The notes: generated by a model not told the origin, from the letters alone. A DNA stretch of 51,385 nucleotides, filler included, from Bipalium vagum (GCA_037834085.1; 3 parts of 3 records of this genome joined end to end with filler, not necessarily neighbours in it), one strand, 5' to 3'; numbered from the whole stretch's first letter, positions 1 to 13,999 are shown. Translations and numbers: made by a program.

Positions 1-870
1 TATATATAGAGTCAAAAAATGGATAATGTTCAAGATTCTAAAAATTAGACATTAGACTTAGCAAAAAAGAAATATTCTAGTACATGATGTTTCATTAACA
101 TATACTCGGTTTTTAAAAAATAAAAATTAATCAATTTGTCAATGAACATGAATAATTTTTATATAATATTGTAGATAAATCATTGGCAAAATATAAATAA
201 AAAGAAAGATCAAAGAAAAAGAAAAAAAATTAGGTTGAAAACTCGTTGATTAATTTTGCTTTAAACGTGTATACATATTTATGAAATACCCTGTTTAAGA
301 TATTAATAGTCTCCCCTAATTACACAGACCAAAATTTGATAGTAAAGCGTAAATTTGGTATTATAACATTACGATATTGGAAAAACCAGTTTTAATAAAA
401 AAATTTTATGTTTAATTTTCTATGTTTAATATCCTTTAGATAAAACAGTATTCGGTCTCAGAAATGTTTCTTCTCAGTAAAACTTAGCGACGGGTGGAGA
501 GAACAACATTCTATTCCAAAGTAACGCGAAGTATACGAGTGTCAATAATGTTATTTACGTACAAGACGAATTAACAGATCTGATCTTTAATTCTTTATGT
601 TATAAAATTTATTGATTTTTTCCAATATTTTAATGTAAATATATAAATATTGATTTAAAAATATTTTATTATTGACATTTTACATTATATCAGGTTGTGT
701 TGTATGAAATTAGTAGAAAAATCTGTTATACTACCATAAAGTCCACACAAACAGACAAAAATTAAGATAATAAAAATAACTAATTCTGACTACAATACTT
801 TTCTCTTTTGATATTACTTAAGAGATAACTTTATAATCATAATTAACAATTAAGAATTAGAATAATTTTA

Positions 871-942
871 AATATATATAATATTTAATTTAAATATTTA
901 AATATATATAATATTTAATTTAAATATTTAAATATATATAAT
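871..942. repeat. 30-bp AT-only tandem repeat, about 2.4 copies
   Basis: aatatatataatatttaatttaaatattta at 871 and 901, partial copy at 931. Confidence 0.9.
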
Positions 943-1188
943 AGTGGAATATTCACAAAATTTTTCAAAAAATAAAAATATTGTAAACAATGGATTAATT
1001 TTACAAAAATGTCTTAACTTCATTTATTCAATCTTATTAAAAAATTATTCCTATTTAAATAATTTGAAATTTGAAAATTTTTAATTCTAAGGTCATGCTT
1101 AAACTAATTTTTAAAATATAAATTGGTGTATAAATGAGAATAAAATTTTAAAAATCTTAATTAATTAATATAATAGGACAGCTACTTA

Positions 1189-1512
1189 CAGTGAAACCTT
1201 TTTTAGTTGAACACTATGCGACCAATATTCCACAATTGTTCAAAAGAAATGTTCAACATACTCAATGAAAATTAAATAACAAAGAATAAATCCCTATAAA
1301 AAATTTGCCAATGATGACACTAGAAACACGTCACTAAAAGCGGGGTATTGGTTAAAGTTTTTAATTAGTAAAAACAGCATTTCGGATAAATCATCTTCAA
1401 TTCCCGTATTGCTTCTCAAGTATTACGACTCAAGAAAATTCTTTCCCATGCCAATTAATAAATGCCATTTCAAATTATTTCAAAAAATGTTCAACTTTAA
1501 CCGGTTTCACTG
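1189..1512. mobile_element. pogo/Tigger-like MITE
   Basis: TA|CAGTGAAACC..TTAGTTGAACA at the left end, TGTTCAACTT..CGGTTTCACTG|TA at the right end. Imperfect TIRs with TA target duplication. Confidence 0.8.
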
Positions 1513-1879
1513 TAATATTTTATTGTCAATACAGTGTAATATTATTGATAATAGATAAAATATTTTTTATCAATAATGTTTACATAATTTGATTTCTCAG
1601 TCATTATTAGTTTTTTGATTTTCTTAATACTCAAATAATATTTACGTTCTTTGTTTTATTTTTAGTTATTACATGTTTTATTAACGTTGCTATAATTAGG
1701 TCTAGAAATTGAAAAGGTACGTATCAGATAAATGGCTCCAAAGTAACTATTAAATCGTTTTTTTGTTAATTAGGTTAATATTAAATTAAATATAATTTAA
1801 TTTTATAAAAACTTTTGTTTTAATATTCCATATAAATAGCAATAACTCAAATGGCATCTCAAGAAATACATAATGGTGG

Positions 1880-2190
1880 AACTAGACCTGTAATTCTTCT
1901 GGATTATAATGCCCGACCACACACGTCAAAGACAACAGTAGATTATCTAACCTCTTTGGGTAGGAAGTTCTCCCACATGCTGTTTACTCACCTGACATAA
2001 CGCCATCAGATTATTATTTATTCAGGTCTCTTCAACATTACCTGGCTGATTCTCAATTAAAAAATATTGAAGATGTCAAAAAATCGATCTCAAATTACAT
2101 TCAAGCAAAATCAAGGATTTTTTTTTGAAGACAGGTATTCGCTAACTACCTTAAAAATGGATTAAATGCGTCGGCAATAATGGAGATTAT
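1880..2190 (+). mobile_element. mariner transposase C-terminal relic
   Basis: RPVILLDYNARPHT, frameshift, then PHAVYSPDITPSDYYLFRSLQHYL. Confidence 0.88.
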
Positions 2191-2733
2191 CACAGAACAA
2201 TTTTTAGTTATATTTTGGAGAAATATATCTTTATTTTATCAATCTTTTGATATATATGTAATATTATTAAAAATAGGCACCTTTTCATCTTGCATTTACA
2301 ATTTATATATTTTTTAATCTAAATTAAATCAAGGTTAATTGTAGATCGAACGAGGTTTCATTAAACATGGAAAGACCTTTGATATTTTCAATATTTTGTT
2401 ATTTCCTTTAGTTTTCAGTTTTCAAATTTTCTATTCATTTTTTGCATGATTTCAAATTTCTTTTCTTTGTTTCTTTTATTGAAAATCTAAATAATGATTT
2501 AGTCTGGTGCTTAAACGTGCAAAAATAAATTATTGTTTTCTTTTATATTTTTATAATTTTGCTTTTTAATTAATAAATGTTTTCTTCATTATAATTTTTT
2601 AAAATATTCATAAATAAAAATAATTAATACGAAATATATATATTGAGAACACTATTGTGTTCGATAATTTTTCTTTTGTACAATAATTTTCTCTTTCGTG
2701 TCACCATGAAATGTTCAGTGGTTAAAAGATATA

Positions 2734-3014
2734 CAGTTGAGTCTCGATATAACGAACTCAGATATAACGAAGATCTCGATATAACGAACCTGTGTGAAAC
2801 AAATGGTTGGCTGCACATCATATATATATACAAATTAAACTTTGATACAGCAAATTTTGATATAACGAAATTTTCGATATAACGAAATTTTATGAAACAT
2901 TTAAATTTACGAATTTTACATTTACATAAAATGTATACTTCGATTTAACGAAACCTTGATATAACGAAGTAATTTGATCGGTCCCTTGAAATTCGTTATA
3001 TCGAGACTGAACTG
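2734..3014. mobile_element. pogo/Tigger-like MITE with internal GATATAACGAA repeats
   Basis: TA|CAGTTGAGTCTCGATATAACGAA ... TTCGTTATATCGAGACTGAACTG|TA, with about 8 copies of the 11-mer. Confidence 0.92.
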
Positions 3015-4102
3015 TATCAAGAATAATAATGTAAAGAATGTCTTCGAGTTGATTTTGAATAATTACCAATTTAGTAGAGTACTTATCTATTGAATTAATT
3101 CCAAAGAATGTCTTGTAGAGATAATTGTGGACAAAATCAATTTATTTTTCAAGTACACGGTGTTTTACCAATTGACAACAAAAATGTTTAAGCATTTATT
3201 ATTATGAGACATGTTTTGAACGTTTTATCAGTTCTTCTTCAGTTATTCATATTTAATCAATTAAACGATAATATCATTTTAAATTAAAATATTTTTATGA
3301 AATTCTGATTGGTTAATATTATTTTTAATTTATCAGAGAACATCTAACAATCCATTGGTTTTTACTTTCTCTAGTTTAAATGTTAATATCTGGTTGTCGA
3401 TCTTTTACTATATTGATTCCCAAATCTTTTGTTATGTTATCAATGATATCAATATGTAATATCAATACCATCAAGAATCCATAATTAAGAATAACACGCA
3501 TTTATTCAATAACATTATTTTACTTATTTTAACAAAAATGGAATGGAACATTATTTTAAAATTTAAAGTGTCGAATCGCATTATTATACGATTTTCGGAA
3601 AATTAATTATAAAATATTATTTTATGATACAGAAATCAGAATATTATTAAAACCGTCGTTATTCTGTAAACTATGCATAGCCGAGATTTTTCTTTTTATA
3701 CACTTGAATTGAATCAAAGAGTTGAGATATTTCAATAGCAAAACAGTTACAAATTTTCGGAGCAATTTATAATGCCGAAAGATTTTTTTTATTGTTTTTT
3801 TGATTTCTTGCGATTTTTTATTAAATAATGGCAAATAATAATTATTTTAATTTATTCTATTTTATATTTTTTTAAAGACATTTTAACAAAAATAGTACGA
3901 TTAGACTTAAAAATTTCGGGACAGCTAAAAATTAATTTTATAACAATGAAATAAAATAACTAGCAAATAAATAAGTTTATAGGAATAATATTCTCTGTGC
4001 AAATCTCTTTGGTTGAAATATAATAAAAAATAATTATTATTATTAATATTATGACATCTCTAAAGTGATGTCAGTTTTGAAAATACAATTAATTGTATGA
4101 TA

Positions 4103-4330
4103 TACACAGATTGGTTTATAAATAATCGAGCTTTATTGATACACAGTAGAATACACATTATATCATCCATGAAAGATTATAATAATTCAAAATAGGCTCC
4201 ATGAGATTCGATGCAACATCTGGCACGGTCAACTAGTGCAGGCAAAGATTTCTGAAAGTCACCTAAAAGAATTTTCTTGAGCACTCGTGTAACATTTGCT
4301 TGAATAGCTTGAACATCAAACATATAGTTT
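4103..4330 (-). mobile_element. Tc1/mariner-superfamily transposase C-terminal relic
   Basis: FQKSLPALVDRARCCIESHGAYFE is a typical Tc1/mariner C-terminus (R..C....G.YFE). Confidence 0.7.
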
Positions 4331-4879
4331 GATAAATTGAAAATTGAAATTGATAAAATCAATAATTTTTGATTATTTGTGACTTTTGATTAGGTTTCAA
4401 TTCTTTATTTAAATTTATAACACTTTTTAAAATGAGAGACCGGGCTTACAGTACATTATCAGTTGGGTGCCTCAGCATTTCGATAAAGGAAATCAACATC
4501 AGAATCATAAAGTCGAAATTATCTATTCATTCTTGATATTAAAAAAATTCATAGATGATTTGACTTATTCAAAGTTATATTTACAAAGATATTCAAATAT
4601 ATTTATTCTTTGAGATAAACTCTGTAATATATTGATATTATTAATTAACGAATGTTATAAAAATATTCTAAATCGCGACTAAATAAATTTTAGACTTGAC
4701 TAGTAATATAAAAGTATTTAAATTCTTATGGACTTTCTCTATTGATTACGAGAAATAGGAAGTAGTCGACCACGCCAATAAAAGTAATATTAGTATATCT
4801 ATAGATACTGTCGAAGTTAATTCACAAACAAACCAAAATCGTTATCCATTCGAGTAGAAGACTGCTGTAAAATTTGTAT

Positions 4880-4990
4880 ATACATGAAACAATTTTATTT
4901 TATTAGGCTTCAAATGCTCATGTGTCAAAACTCTTTGAATCGAGGTTGGTGGAATATCAGTTTCCATTGATAATCTTCGAATGGACGTTT
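4880..4990 (-). mobile_element. Tc1-like transposase HTH fragment
   Basis: Hand translation: SIRRLSMETDIPPTSIQRVLTHEHLKPNKIKL. Confidence 0.65.
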
Positions 4991-5282
4991 TAATATCAGT
5001 ACATCTGAAGAATCTTTAAAAACTTTCATTGACTAAAGAAAGGTACATAAGGTACATTGAGTAAACTGCCTCAAATTGTCTCCAATTTCAGAATAATTGT
5101 GATTACTGCCAAACAGGTACATGGACTTTTGATTAAATTTCTTTCTCATTTGATTTGCCTAATTACAGTTGAAGGAGAATTTGAATTGATGTTGAGATTC
5201 AAATTGAGATTCATATGCATATCCATCATAATTTTAATAAATATATTATTTAAACAAAATCTTCTTGATTCAATTTACTATA

Positions 5283-5869
5283 CAGGTTTATGCAGAAATA
5301 TATAGAAAATTATTCAGAAATATATAGAAAAAAATTGATTTTTTCTATTTAAATTTGATCACATTTTAGTCAGCCAAAAATATCAGCTGCAAGGTTGCTA
5401 TTAAAACGCCAGGTTTCATTGTTTTGTCATCTGTTTTTTATTAAATCAAATTTACAGGCATTTTATGCTTCGAAATCAAAGACGGATCTTTCAATGGACT
5501 TTCTTAGTGACAAGCTATGCAATCATTTCGATCGAAATCCTGAGGATGTATTGGTGATGGACAATTGCAGGTTCCATCACCGCAAAGATGTTATTAAGCT
5601 GCTGACAGAGCGAGGTATTGGTTACAGATTTCTGCCACAATACTCGCCTCAGCTACAATTCTCAAATACTCTATCATCCTTTATGAGAACCATTATAGTT
5701 CGGGACGATTGATTACTCAAGTACTCATGCATAAAGATATAGATTTAATTGATTATCTTCGGAACATGAGGCGGTTTATAGAAAAACCTTGGCGAGACAA
5801 TAATTTATTTAGTGTACATTTCCATTATATATTTCTGAATATTTTTCTATATATTTCTGCATAACCCTG
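5283..5869 (+). mobile_element. internally deleted IS630/Tc1-like element with both TIRs
   Basis: TA|CAGGTTTATGCAGAAATATATAGAAA ... TATATATTTCTGCATAACCCTG|TA. ORF 5395..5712 contains VLVMDNCRFHH and FLPQYSPQL (DDE_3-like). Confidence 0.92.
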
Positions 5870-7375
5870 TAATTTCTCTTAATTTAAATATAATATAGTT
5901 TACTAAAAGATTGATAGGCAAAACCACTTTTTTCTTGGTATTTGAACATCTTATACAAGAACTGATAGGTCTTAGAGAGGTGCAAACTAAATTTTCCGAA
6001 TAAAGGATATTATTTAACCAAAAGGTTCATTGAGATTCTTATATAATGGGCAACTTTTAATTATGGGTCACTAATAATGATATCATTGTTATCATTGATT
6101 ATTTTCACAATGCGCTGCCTACTATCAAAGTAAATGAAAATTTGGATTCCGCACAGACTCAATAGTTGACTTATTTCAATCTTAACATTTTAGTCATTGG
6201 TTTTGTAATTTATATACCCTTTCACAATATAAACAATTTTGGTTTTCTGTTTTCCAGCAATTACCATAACATTTTTTTATTTTATAAACTAGGCTATATA
6301 TCTTTGATGTCATTCAAATGTCTTTTACTTTACTTTTTTTATATCACTAATATTTTGATAAAAATCTAATTGTCCATAAAGATGGATTTCAAAGAAAAAT
6401 AAATTCTCTAACATGAATTTCAGAAAAATATTTTTCAGTATTTTTTTTATTGGTTATTTATATATTATTAAAAATCATAAAAATATTTTACCATATTTCC
6501 CTATTTTATAAAATTTCATCATTTCATTTCATTTGTCTAAATCTTTATTGTTTTAATTTTGGAAAAATACATTATAAAATTAGTCTAATTTAATGCTCTT
6601 ACGCAATCTTTCATAGAAAATGATGATAAACGAAATTTCTTTTCAAAAATCTTTTTGAACTCATTATATAATGCAAGACAAATTTTTTCTGTTTTATAAT
6701 TTAAGTAACCACGAGCAACTAAAACCCAAAAACTATTCATAAGGGAAATACTTTTATGTGATAAGTCGACAAAAACCCATTTGCCCATATATGAATCTGA
6801 CGACATTTTTACTTTCGCTATAAAATTAGACATTTTACAAGAGAATTTATTTCATTTATTCTTTCTTTTATTTAATTCTGTCGAAATTGTTTGAATTTAT
6901 ATATTTCCCAGCCTAATTAAATTTTCTAAGTGAAATGTAATTCTAACGTAAAAATGAGTGGAGATAAAAACGTTAATGATTGAAAGCGTCCATAAAACTT
7001 TTCGCCCCATTAGAACATTGTCACTATGTTCTCACAATTGTCAGGTGTATGGCTTTTCTCATTGTAACACAGCGAAATTAGATTGAGAAAGCTTTCTATA
7101 AGAATGTCATCACTAACATCTGACAGTAAAAAATAGTTCCCAAGATCAAAGGTTTGAAAATTTCTAAAACTTCTTAAAAGACATTTTTAAAATATCACTT
7201 AACTCTGAACAGTATTATTTTATTTTATTCATCATATTTTTATAAATTAACTGTTATTTTAAAATCTTTTTTTAAAAGATAAGAAATAATAATTAATTAA
7301 TTTAATTAATATTTAAATCACTTTTATTTTACCAGAGAACAATTCAAATTTATTCTTATTCTTATTTTTTGTATA

Positions 7376-7915
7376 TTAGGTTGTTCAGAATGTTTTGCAC
7401 GTTTTTTGACCATTCATTTTAAAATTGTAGACGTCACCCGTAACAAAATGTTTATTGATTAAAATAAAAACCATTATCGTTTACACACTTTTGCCAACGA
7501 AGTGGTAGATTTTCCATAACTATGCGATAGAATTCGGTAGATCTGAAGGCAATGAACTGCTCTTTTTTTTAACACCTTCTCGTTCTGAAATCTTTTTCCC
7601 TTAAAATAATTTTATAAATGTTTGAATAAATGGAAATCAGTTGGCGAGAGATAGTGGTTGAACAGAATTTCATAATTTAGTTTTTTCAGATTATCTATGG
7701 TTTGCTTTTCTATGTGCGGACGGGCATTGTCATGCAATAGAATTGGGTCTTTTCTACTGATCAATGCTGAGTACATTCTTTTCAACTTTTCTTGTATAAT
7801 ATCAATTTCTAAGTAGTATCTCTCTGCTGTTATCATTTCTTTCTTTTCCAAGTAATCGTAATGAATCACATTTTTTGAACACCACCATACTGTAGCTATT
7901 ATATCTTTTTCTTAT
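7376..7915 (-). mobile_element. mariner relic, 3' half with TIR
   Basis: PILLHDNARPH and LSPTDFHLFKHL; TA|TTAGGTTG terminus at 7376. Confidence 0.9.
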
Positions 7916-7959
7916 TCTTCAACAGTTGCACTCGGAAAACCGCGTGAGATGCCATAAAA

Positions 7960-8256
7960 ATTTCTTTTTCATCCACCGTACTCTTCGAATTTGGTACCAT
8001 GTGATTTCTTCTTGTTTCCAAACCTGAAAAATGGCTTTCTGGAAAACGATTAAGCTCAAATCAGAAATTTCAATGGGAAACTAATGTATATTTTGAAGAT
8101 CTTGGTATATTATTCTATGGTGAAGGGATTAAATGACTTGAATATCATTGGAATAAACGTATTGCATTGCCATGAGACTTTGTTGAAAAATAAATATTTT
8201 TTGTCAAAGGCTTGTTCTTTCTTCATTGAGCCAAAAACCTTTCATCCCTCCTCCTT
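7960..8256 (+). mobile_element. second mariner relic (different subfamily), C-terminus
   Basis: HPPYSSNLVPCDFFLFPNLK, ending in a TIR-like CCAAAAACCTTTCATCCCTCCTCC. Confidence 0.8.
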
Positions 8257-8716
8257 ATATTAATTACCTAAAAATGTTCATAACGTTACCATTAAATATA
8301 TAATATCAGTGAAGGGGGTTCTCGTAAATATTACATAATTTGATAATGTTATTTCCAATATGATGACCAGAACTTAGTGTTCATTTTAAATTTCAGTCAT
8401 CTTTGAGACTAGAGATCGTGCGTTGTCTTGAAGAAAAATTGATTATTTCATGTTGTCAATTGCTGGATTTAATTCTTAAAGTCCAGTTCTCCAATATACT
8501 TTGCGTATCCATGTACCATAATTATTTCATTTAGGATTAAAAAGTCCAAATTTGTCATCATACTATTCGTCTTCCACACTTTCATCACGGATACTTCGCA
8601 GTGTAAGTTGTTTATAGCACCTTGTACTGAACCTATCATTCATTTTACAAAATTTAGCAACTGCTTTTGTGGTGTACGTTTTAATGTGGAGTACACCAGG
8701 TGAACAACATAATGGA

Positions 8717-8748
<32 letters not shown>

Positions 8749-8899
8749 TAATTAAATTTTAATTTTCTTTATTCATGTACAATTGGTCATTTGAATTCAT
8801 TTTTACTGTTATCTAATTATATTAATAGTGTATATAAAAATGTTTCTTCTCATAATTTTGCATTGTAAAATGAAAGAACTTTCGAATTTTAAAGAGAGA

Positions 8900-9500
8900 T
8901 AATTTTTGACACATACATAGCTGCGTATTGCAGTGCCTTCCATAAAGGAAGTATGCAATATGTTGTGTCTGCTGAGAGCTACAGTGTCATCATCAGCTTT
9001 CTGATCATTATGAAAGAAAATGCGAGACCAGCAATGTTCTGATCATACATGGACATAAAATGACTGGAATCATGTCATCTTGTCAGAGTCTTCGCTTTAT
9101 TAAATACTACTGGGCGTCTTTTTGTATGGAGAAATTCAAATGAAACTTATCGTTCTGATTGTTCTTTTACAACTGTTAATCATGGAAGCGGAGTTAGGAC
9201 AGTCTGGAATGTGATATTTTGGTATTCTGATAGATCATGTTAATCCAGAGATTTTTAGGCATTTTATATACGAATTTCTTTCCTACGAAATAGGATTTTT
9301 TCACTAAGATTGATCCAATATTTCATGATGACAATATTCCCATACATACATCCAGATATGTCTCTTAAACAACTATAGATTTCACACATACATAATGGCG
9401 TACTATTTCTTTTCACACCATTCAACATATAAAAATCTATCCTAAGACGAATGAAATCTATTTTATTTGCGAATGGTGCTATAACTCCTTAATAATAAAA
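8900..9500 (+). mobile_element. decayed Tc1 transposase
   Basis: DWNHVILSES (WxxVIFSDES-like), TTVNHGSGVRTVW (TVKHGGGSVMVW-like), IFHDDNIPIHT. Confidence 0.75.
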
Positions 9501-10429
9501 GTATTACTTATTCCAAGTGCTTTTAGTTATAATAAAATTGAAAATTGTTAAATATTTTATAAGTAAAATTAATATTATTAAGTATAATATTATTTTATCC
9601 CCCGGTTTTTGTATGGGAATATATAGACTCCACGACTAGTTATAACAAAATAAAACCTTTCTAACAGTATTAGGCCCAATATAATGAAAATATAAAAACA
9701 GAAATCAATTCTGCACCAGATTTAATAATTAATTTTGTTTTTTATGAACATCATGACAGGAACGTAATAAAATCGAACCTTACAGATTTATATATTATAA
9801 AATGAGAAATATTTGTATTCTGATTTATGCACAAGATAAAAGATGTGGAAATGTCTAAATATCAAATTAACAGGTAAAATTTAATAATAAAATAATTTGA
9901 TACTGATATCTATAAAAAAAATAATTATGATATATTTTCCTGTCTACATCTCAGCTAACTTAAATTAATTGTAGTGAACGAAAGAAGAGGAAAAAATAGA
10001 AACCAAATCATAATTGGCATGTTTTAGTAATATTAAGTTTTAATTATTTTAAAATTAATTGATCTATTAAGAAAATCTGAGTCTGAAAAATTATGTTGTA
10101 GAACCAACAAAGTTGTAGATTATTAATTAAAATTATATATTAGTCTCAATCGTAATAAAAATAATATTTGAGCTGAAACTTGAAATAATTACCATTAGAT
10201 TGCCTTTAGCAACTGTTTAAACAATTTATTTTTCTGGGATATGTTTTTGTAGCATAGGTTAAAAGCAGTCGTAGATTGTTACTATAATTAGTGAATTAAG
10301 TTTCGTTCCTTTTCAATTATACCCAATGAACCCTTTATTTCAGATTAAGTTATCCAAAAGCTTCTTGTTAAGGACGTATAAAAATTAAGACATTTTATTA
10401 TTTTTTCATTAATATCATTACAAATAACA

Positions 10430-11430
10430 TAGTGCATTTAATTAAAAAATTTTCTATCAAATTTCACAATTTTTCCCATCTTTCAGATAAAAGATGGATA
10501 CCCCGATGAAAAAAGTCTTTTTTCTTGAATTGAATGAGGTTGTATATGAATTTTCGTACCTCTTCAATATTCCCGAATCGTGTATCTGAAAGACGAAATA
10601 GGTGAAAATCTGACGGAGCGCATCTGGAGAATAAGCCGGGTGTGGTAGAACTTCCCATTTAATTCCATCCATATTTCTCTGGTTCTTTATGCAACATGCG
10701 GTCTAGCATTGTCCTACAGAAAAATCACTTTCTTCTGTTTGGTCGCATAATATGACCGTTTTTCAATTAATTTCTCTTCCAACTGTTTCAATTGGCGACT
10801 GTATAATTTCGTAGTAACATCTTCTGTTGGTTTTAATGGTCCATAATAAATAAATAAATAAATAAAGAATTCCGTGCATGTCTCACCAGATACAAAGAAG
10901 AGCTTTGTGACCATGAATATTTGGTTTTGGATCTTATGTTCTTGATTTTCCAGGATTTCACCATGATCTTTTGCGATTGGGATATGAATAATATATTCTT
11001 TTTTCATTTCCGGTCACAATTCGATGCAAGAAAGGCTTTTGTTTGTGTCTATTCAGAAGCGAAAGAAAAATGGTGAATTGGCTAGTAATGTTTTCCTCGG
11101 ACAAATAATTCGGAGCCCATTTTCCTTCTTTATGAATCATTCCTAACTGATGTAACCGTCGAATTATGGTCCTCTGGTTAACATGTAACCTTCTTGCCAA
11201 TTTTACTCTCAATTGAGTAGAATCCTCTTTCAAAAGTGCTTTCAAGTTATCCAAACTCGTCTCATGTAGCAACCTAAAGCGTTCTTTATTGTTCAAATCA
11301 AACTCAATGCATTTGAGCGTCGTAACCATGGACAACATGCAGTCTCGGCTACTAGTTGCTTTGGCTGATGTTTTGCTCTGATAAAACAAAAACAACATGC
11401 AGTGCGAATATGCATTTTATCTACTTCCAT
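10430..11430 (-). mobile_element. near full-length but frameshifted mariner transposase
   Basis: ATG at 11430; KWAPNYLSE (WVPHEL-like), FLHRIVTGNE, DNARPH and WEVLPHPAYSPD spread across frames. Confidence 0.93.
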
Positions 11431-12048
11431 TATATTTTCTGCAATTGAATCTGTAAGGTTAGACTTTATTATCCAATAATGCTATGAATATAATCGACAT
11501 CCTATTCCAGAAATTATAAGTAAAATGTATCTCAGCGAAAGAATTTGGACTTTAATGAATCCTTAGAGAAGTCATACTGTCAAGAATATTTATTAACTGA
11601 AATTTAAGAACTAATAATGTCTTTGTATGTTAACCTTCTTATTATCCACTACCATTTAATGACCTATTCAAAATGCTTTGGTTGATAGTTTTGATAAATC
11701 TGACAGTGAGAATTTCAGGTTGGGGCACTGACTGATCTTTCATTATATCAACTCAAGTATTCCCAATCGAAAAATAATGGTCACACTACCGGGTTTTTTC
11801 TATAGACTACACCAAACCAGAATTTTATGTTCCAACGCTGTTTGAAATAATTTTTTAAAAAGAGGATTTCATTGGGACCAATATGGAACATTTTAGTCTC
11901 TAAATATCACTAATCACAAACAAACCAAGATTCATTACTGAACAGGATTTACAATTTCGTATTTTACTTGAATTGACTGAAAAATAACAAATTATTCAGT
12001 GTCAGACTCGACGGACTCCAATATTTAATTACTCCAATTTTATTACCA

Positions 12049-12159
12049 TTCTTTTGGAACATGATTTTAAGGCAAATAAAATATGAGTAAAAGATTCAGA
12101 ATTCATTTTATTCTTTATTTTCCATGAATTTTTCAAATGCACTTTTGATAAATTGATTC
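12049..12159 (-). CDS. possible next Smad4 exon (linker start)
   Basis: cctag| acceptor in the matching phase gives GINLSKVHL, resembling the GIDLSGLTL that follows MH1 in Smad4. The donor ATG|gtaata is a guess. Confidence 0.4.
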
Positions 12160-12318
12160 CTAGGTTAATATCCAATTAAGACATTATTTTAATTTTTCAA
12201 TGCATTTCATTTTGATTTATCAGAAATATTTTGAAGTAAGACACGTACTGAATTTAAAAACGAAGATTCAACAACAGTATGAAAGGACTTTTGAAAAAAT
12301 AATCTATGAGAAATTTAC

Positions 12319-12577
12319 CGTTCATTTCTCTGTGAGAAGAATTGTGATTCGAGTGATGGTGATGATGATGATGGTTCCCAGTGCTGGTTGAAGCAAATAC
12401 GTTGAAAGGAGCTGTGATGATTCGTTCATAATGATACGGATTGACGCAGACCGATTCTTGTTTCAAATCAAAGCCAAAGACACAAAATTTACAATGTTTT
12501 AATTCATTTTTATGAAGATCCGGCCAACGCCAAATTCTGGCATAGATAACATGAGGAAAACATTTTCTGCCGGCCAC
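12319..12577 (-). CDS. SMAD4: Smad4/Medea-like co-Smad, internal exon encoding the second half of MH1
   Basis: ttctag|[52 protein letters not shown]...G|gtaaat. AGRKxFPH and DLHKNELKH are Smad4-type. The upstream exon and MH2 exons were not found in the window. Confidence 0.92.
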
Positions 12578-12673
12578 CTAGAATAAAAAATTCATTTATT
12601 TCTTTGTAACTGAAGATTTTTTTATATACTGATATTATTACATTTCATTATTTCAACATCTTAAACTTAATTA

Positions 12674-12720
12674 CAGGTTTATGCAGAAATATATAGAAAA
12701 ATATTCAAAATATATATAAT
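12674..12720 (+). mobile_element. solo TIR of the 5283-5869 Tc1-like family
   Basis: TA|CAGGTTTATGCAGAAATATATAGAAAAATATTCA, nearly identical to the TIRs at 5283 and 5869. Confidence 0.85.
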
Positions 12721-12936
12721 TTTATGCAAAAATATCTATAATTCTATTTTAAAACCATTAAAATTATCTTAGATCTTAAAATTTCCTTAATTGTTTATAT
12801 GTAATAGACATATATAACCGAAACGAATTTTGTGGCCCAATCATAAAAAAAGAGCCACAAAATATTTCAATTACTCAACAATAAACTAATTATAAATTCT
12901 TAATTATTTAATTATTTTTAATTTAATTTTATTATA

Positions 12937-13095
12937 ATTGATCTTATGTAAATATTTAATTTATTATTGATATTATTAAATATTTAACAAATTATTGATC
13001 TTATGTAAATATTTAATTTATTATTGATATTATTAAATATTTAACAAATTATTGATCATATTTAAATATTTAATTTATTATTCATATTATTTAAA
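12937..13095. repeat. 57-bp minisatellite, about 2.8 copies
   Basis: Unit starting attgatc at 12937, 12994 and 13051. Confidence 0.9.
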
Positions 13096-13999
13096 TAATT
13101 ATTATTTCAAAAATTTAATGTTTTGTTTAATTAAAAATGTTTCTTTTATCAATTTTATTAATACTGTTTAAGTCTGTATATTTTCTTTATTAATCAAGAT
13201 TGACTTGGTAAAGTTTTAGAAAGAATATTCAGTTAGCTGAAAAATATTTGACTAAGTCAAACTTTAAGTTTTAATACATTTTTATATTAATTAAAGTTTA
13301 AACAAAACTTGTTGATTATTTTAAATTTTACAATAATTTATTATTTAATTAATTTGATATGATTTTATTTTTCTATTTATTTTATATTATATTTGAAATT
13401 AATAAAAGTTTATATTTATAAAATCGTATTTATCATGATTTATTTTTTTATAAAATTTAATTGGAAAATTCAGTACATTTTGTATATAAAGTATTGGGAA
13501 AAAATCTTTGGTTTATTTTAAGAAAGCAATAAAACAAAGTGGTCTAAAAGTTTAAAAATACTAATAACTACAGTAAAAGACATTAAAATCCATTATTATT
13601 AAAATACTTACAATTGTTATTGTTAAGTTTCAAACCAGAATATTTTAAGACAGGTTTTTAAACATTTTTTTAAAATAATTGAGATAATAATAGATTTATA
13701 ATTATATATTAATATATATTAAGAATTTGCAGTTTTCATAATAATAAGAAAAACTTTTTTTAAAAAATATTTTTACTTTAAGGATAATTGTGAAAATAAT
13801 TTTTAAAATATAATACATTAATAAAAAATGCATTTAAAAGAATTTTAAAATATCTAATTAAAGTATAAACTTTTAAAATAAAATAAAATAATTAATAAAA
13901 TCATGAAAAAACTCAGTAATTAATATTTTTCAGGCTGTTTAAATATTACAAAAAACAGGCGGCGAATTCGAAAACAATAAAAAACAATCATACAGGATT

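Noticed and set aside
2734-3014. Repeated GATATAACGAA units resembling a CRISPR or iteron array; ORFs 2624..2833 and 2643..2882
   Set aside because: Repeats are only 11 bp, irregularly spaced and bounded by TIRs plus TA, so this is a MITE. The ORFs are incidental and the DNA is eukaryotic.
6585-6833. 82-aa ATG ORF
   Set aside because: No recognisable motif or splice context; cannot be supported as a gene.
12200-12391. Plus-strand ORF with poly-Met, and similar antisense ORFs (29733..29924, 16036..16371, 40955..41185)
   Set aside because: Shadow frames of real minus-strand coding or transposase sequence.
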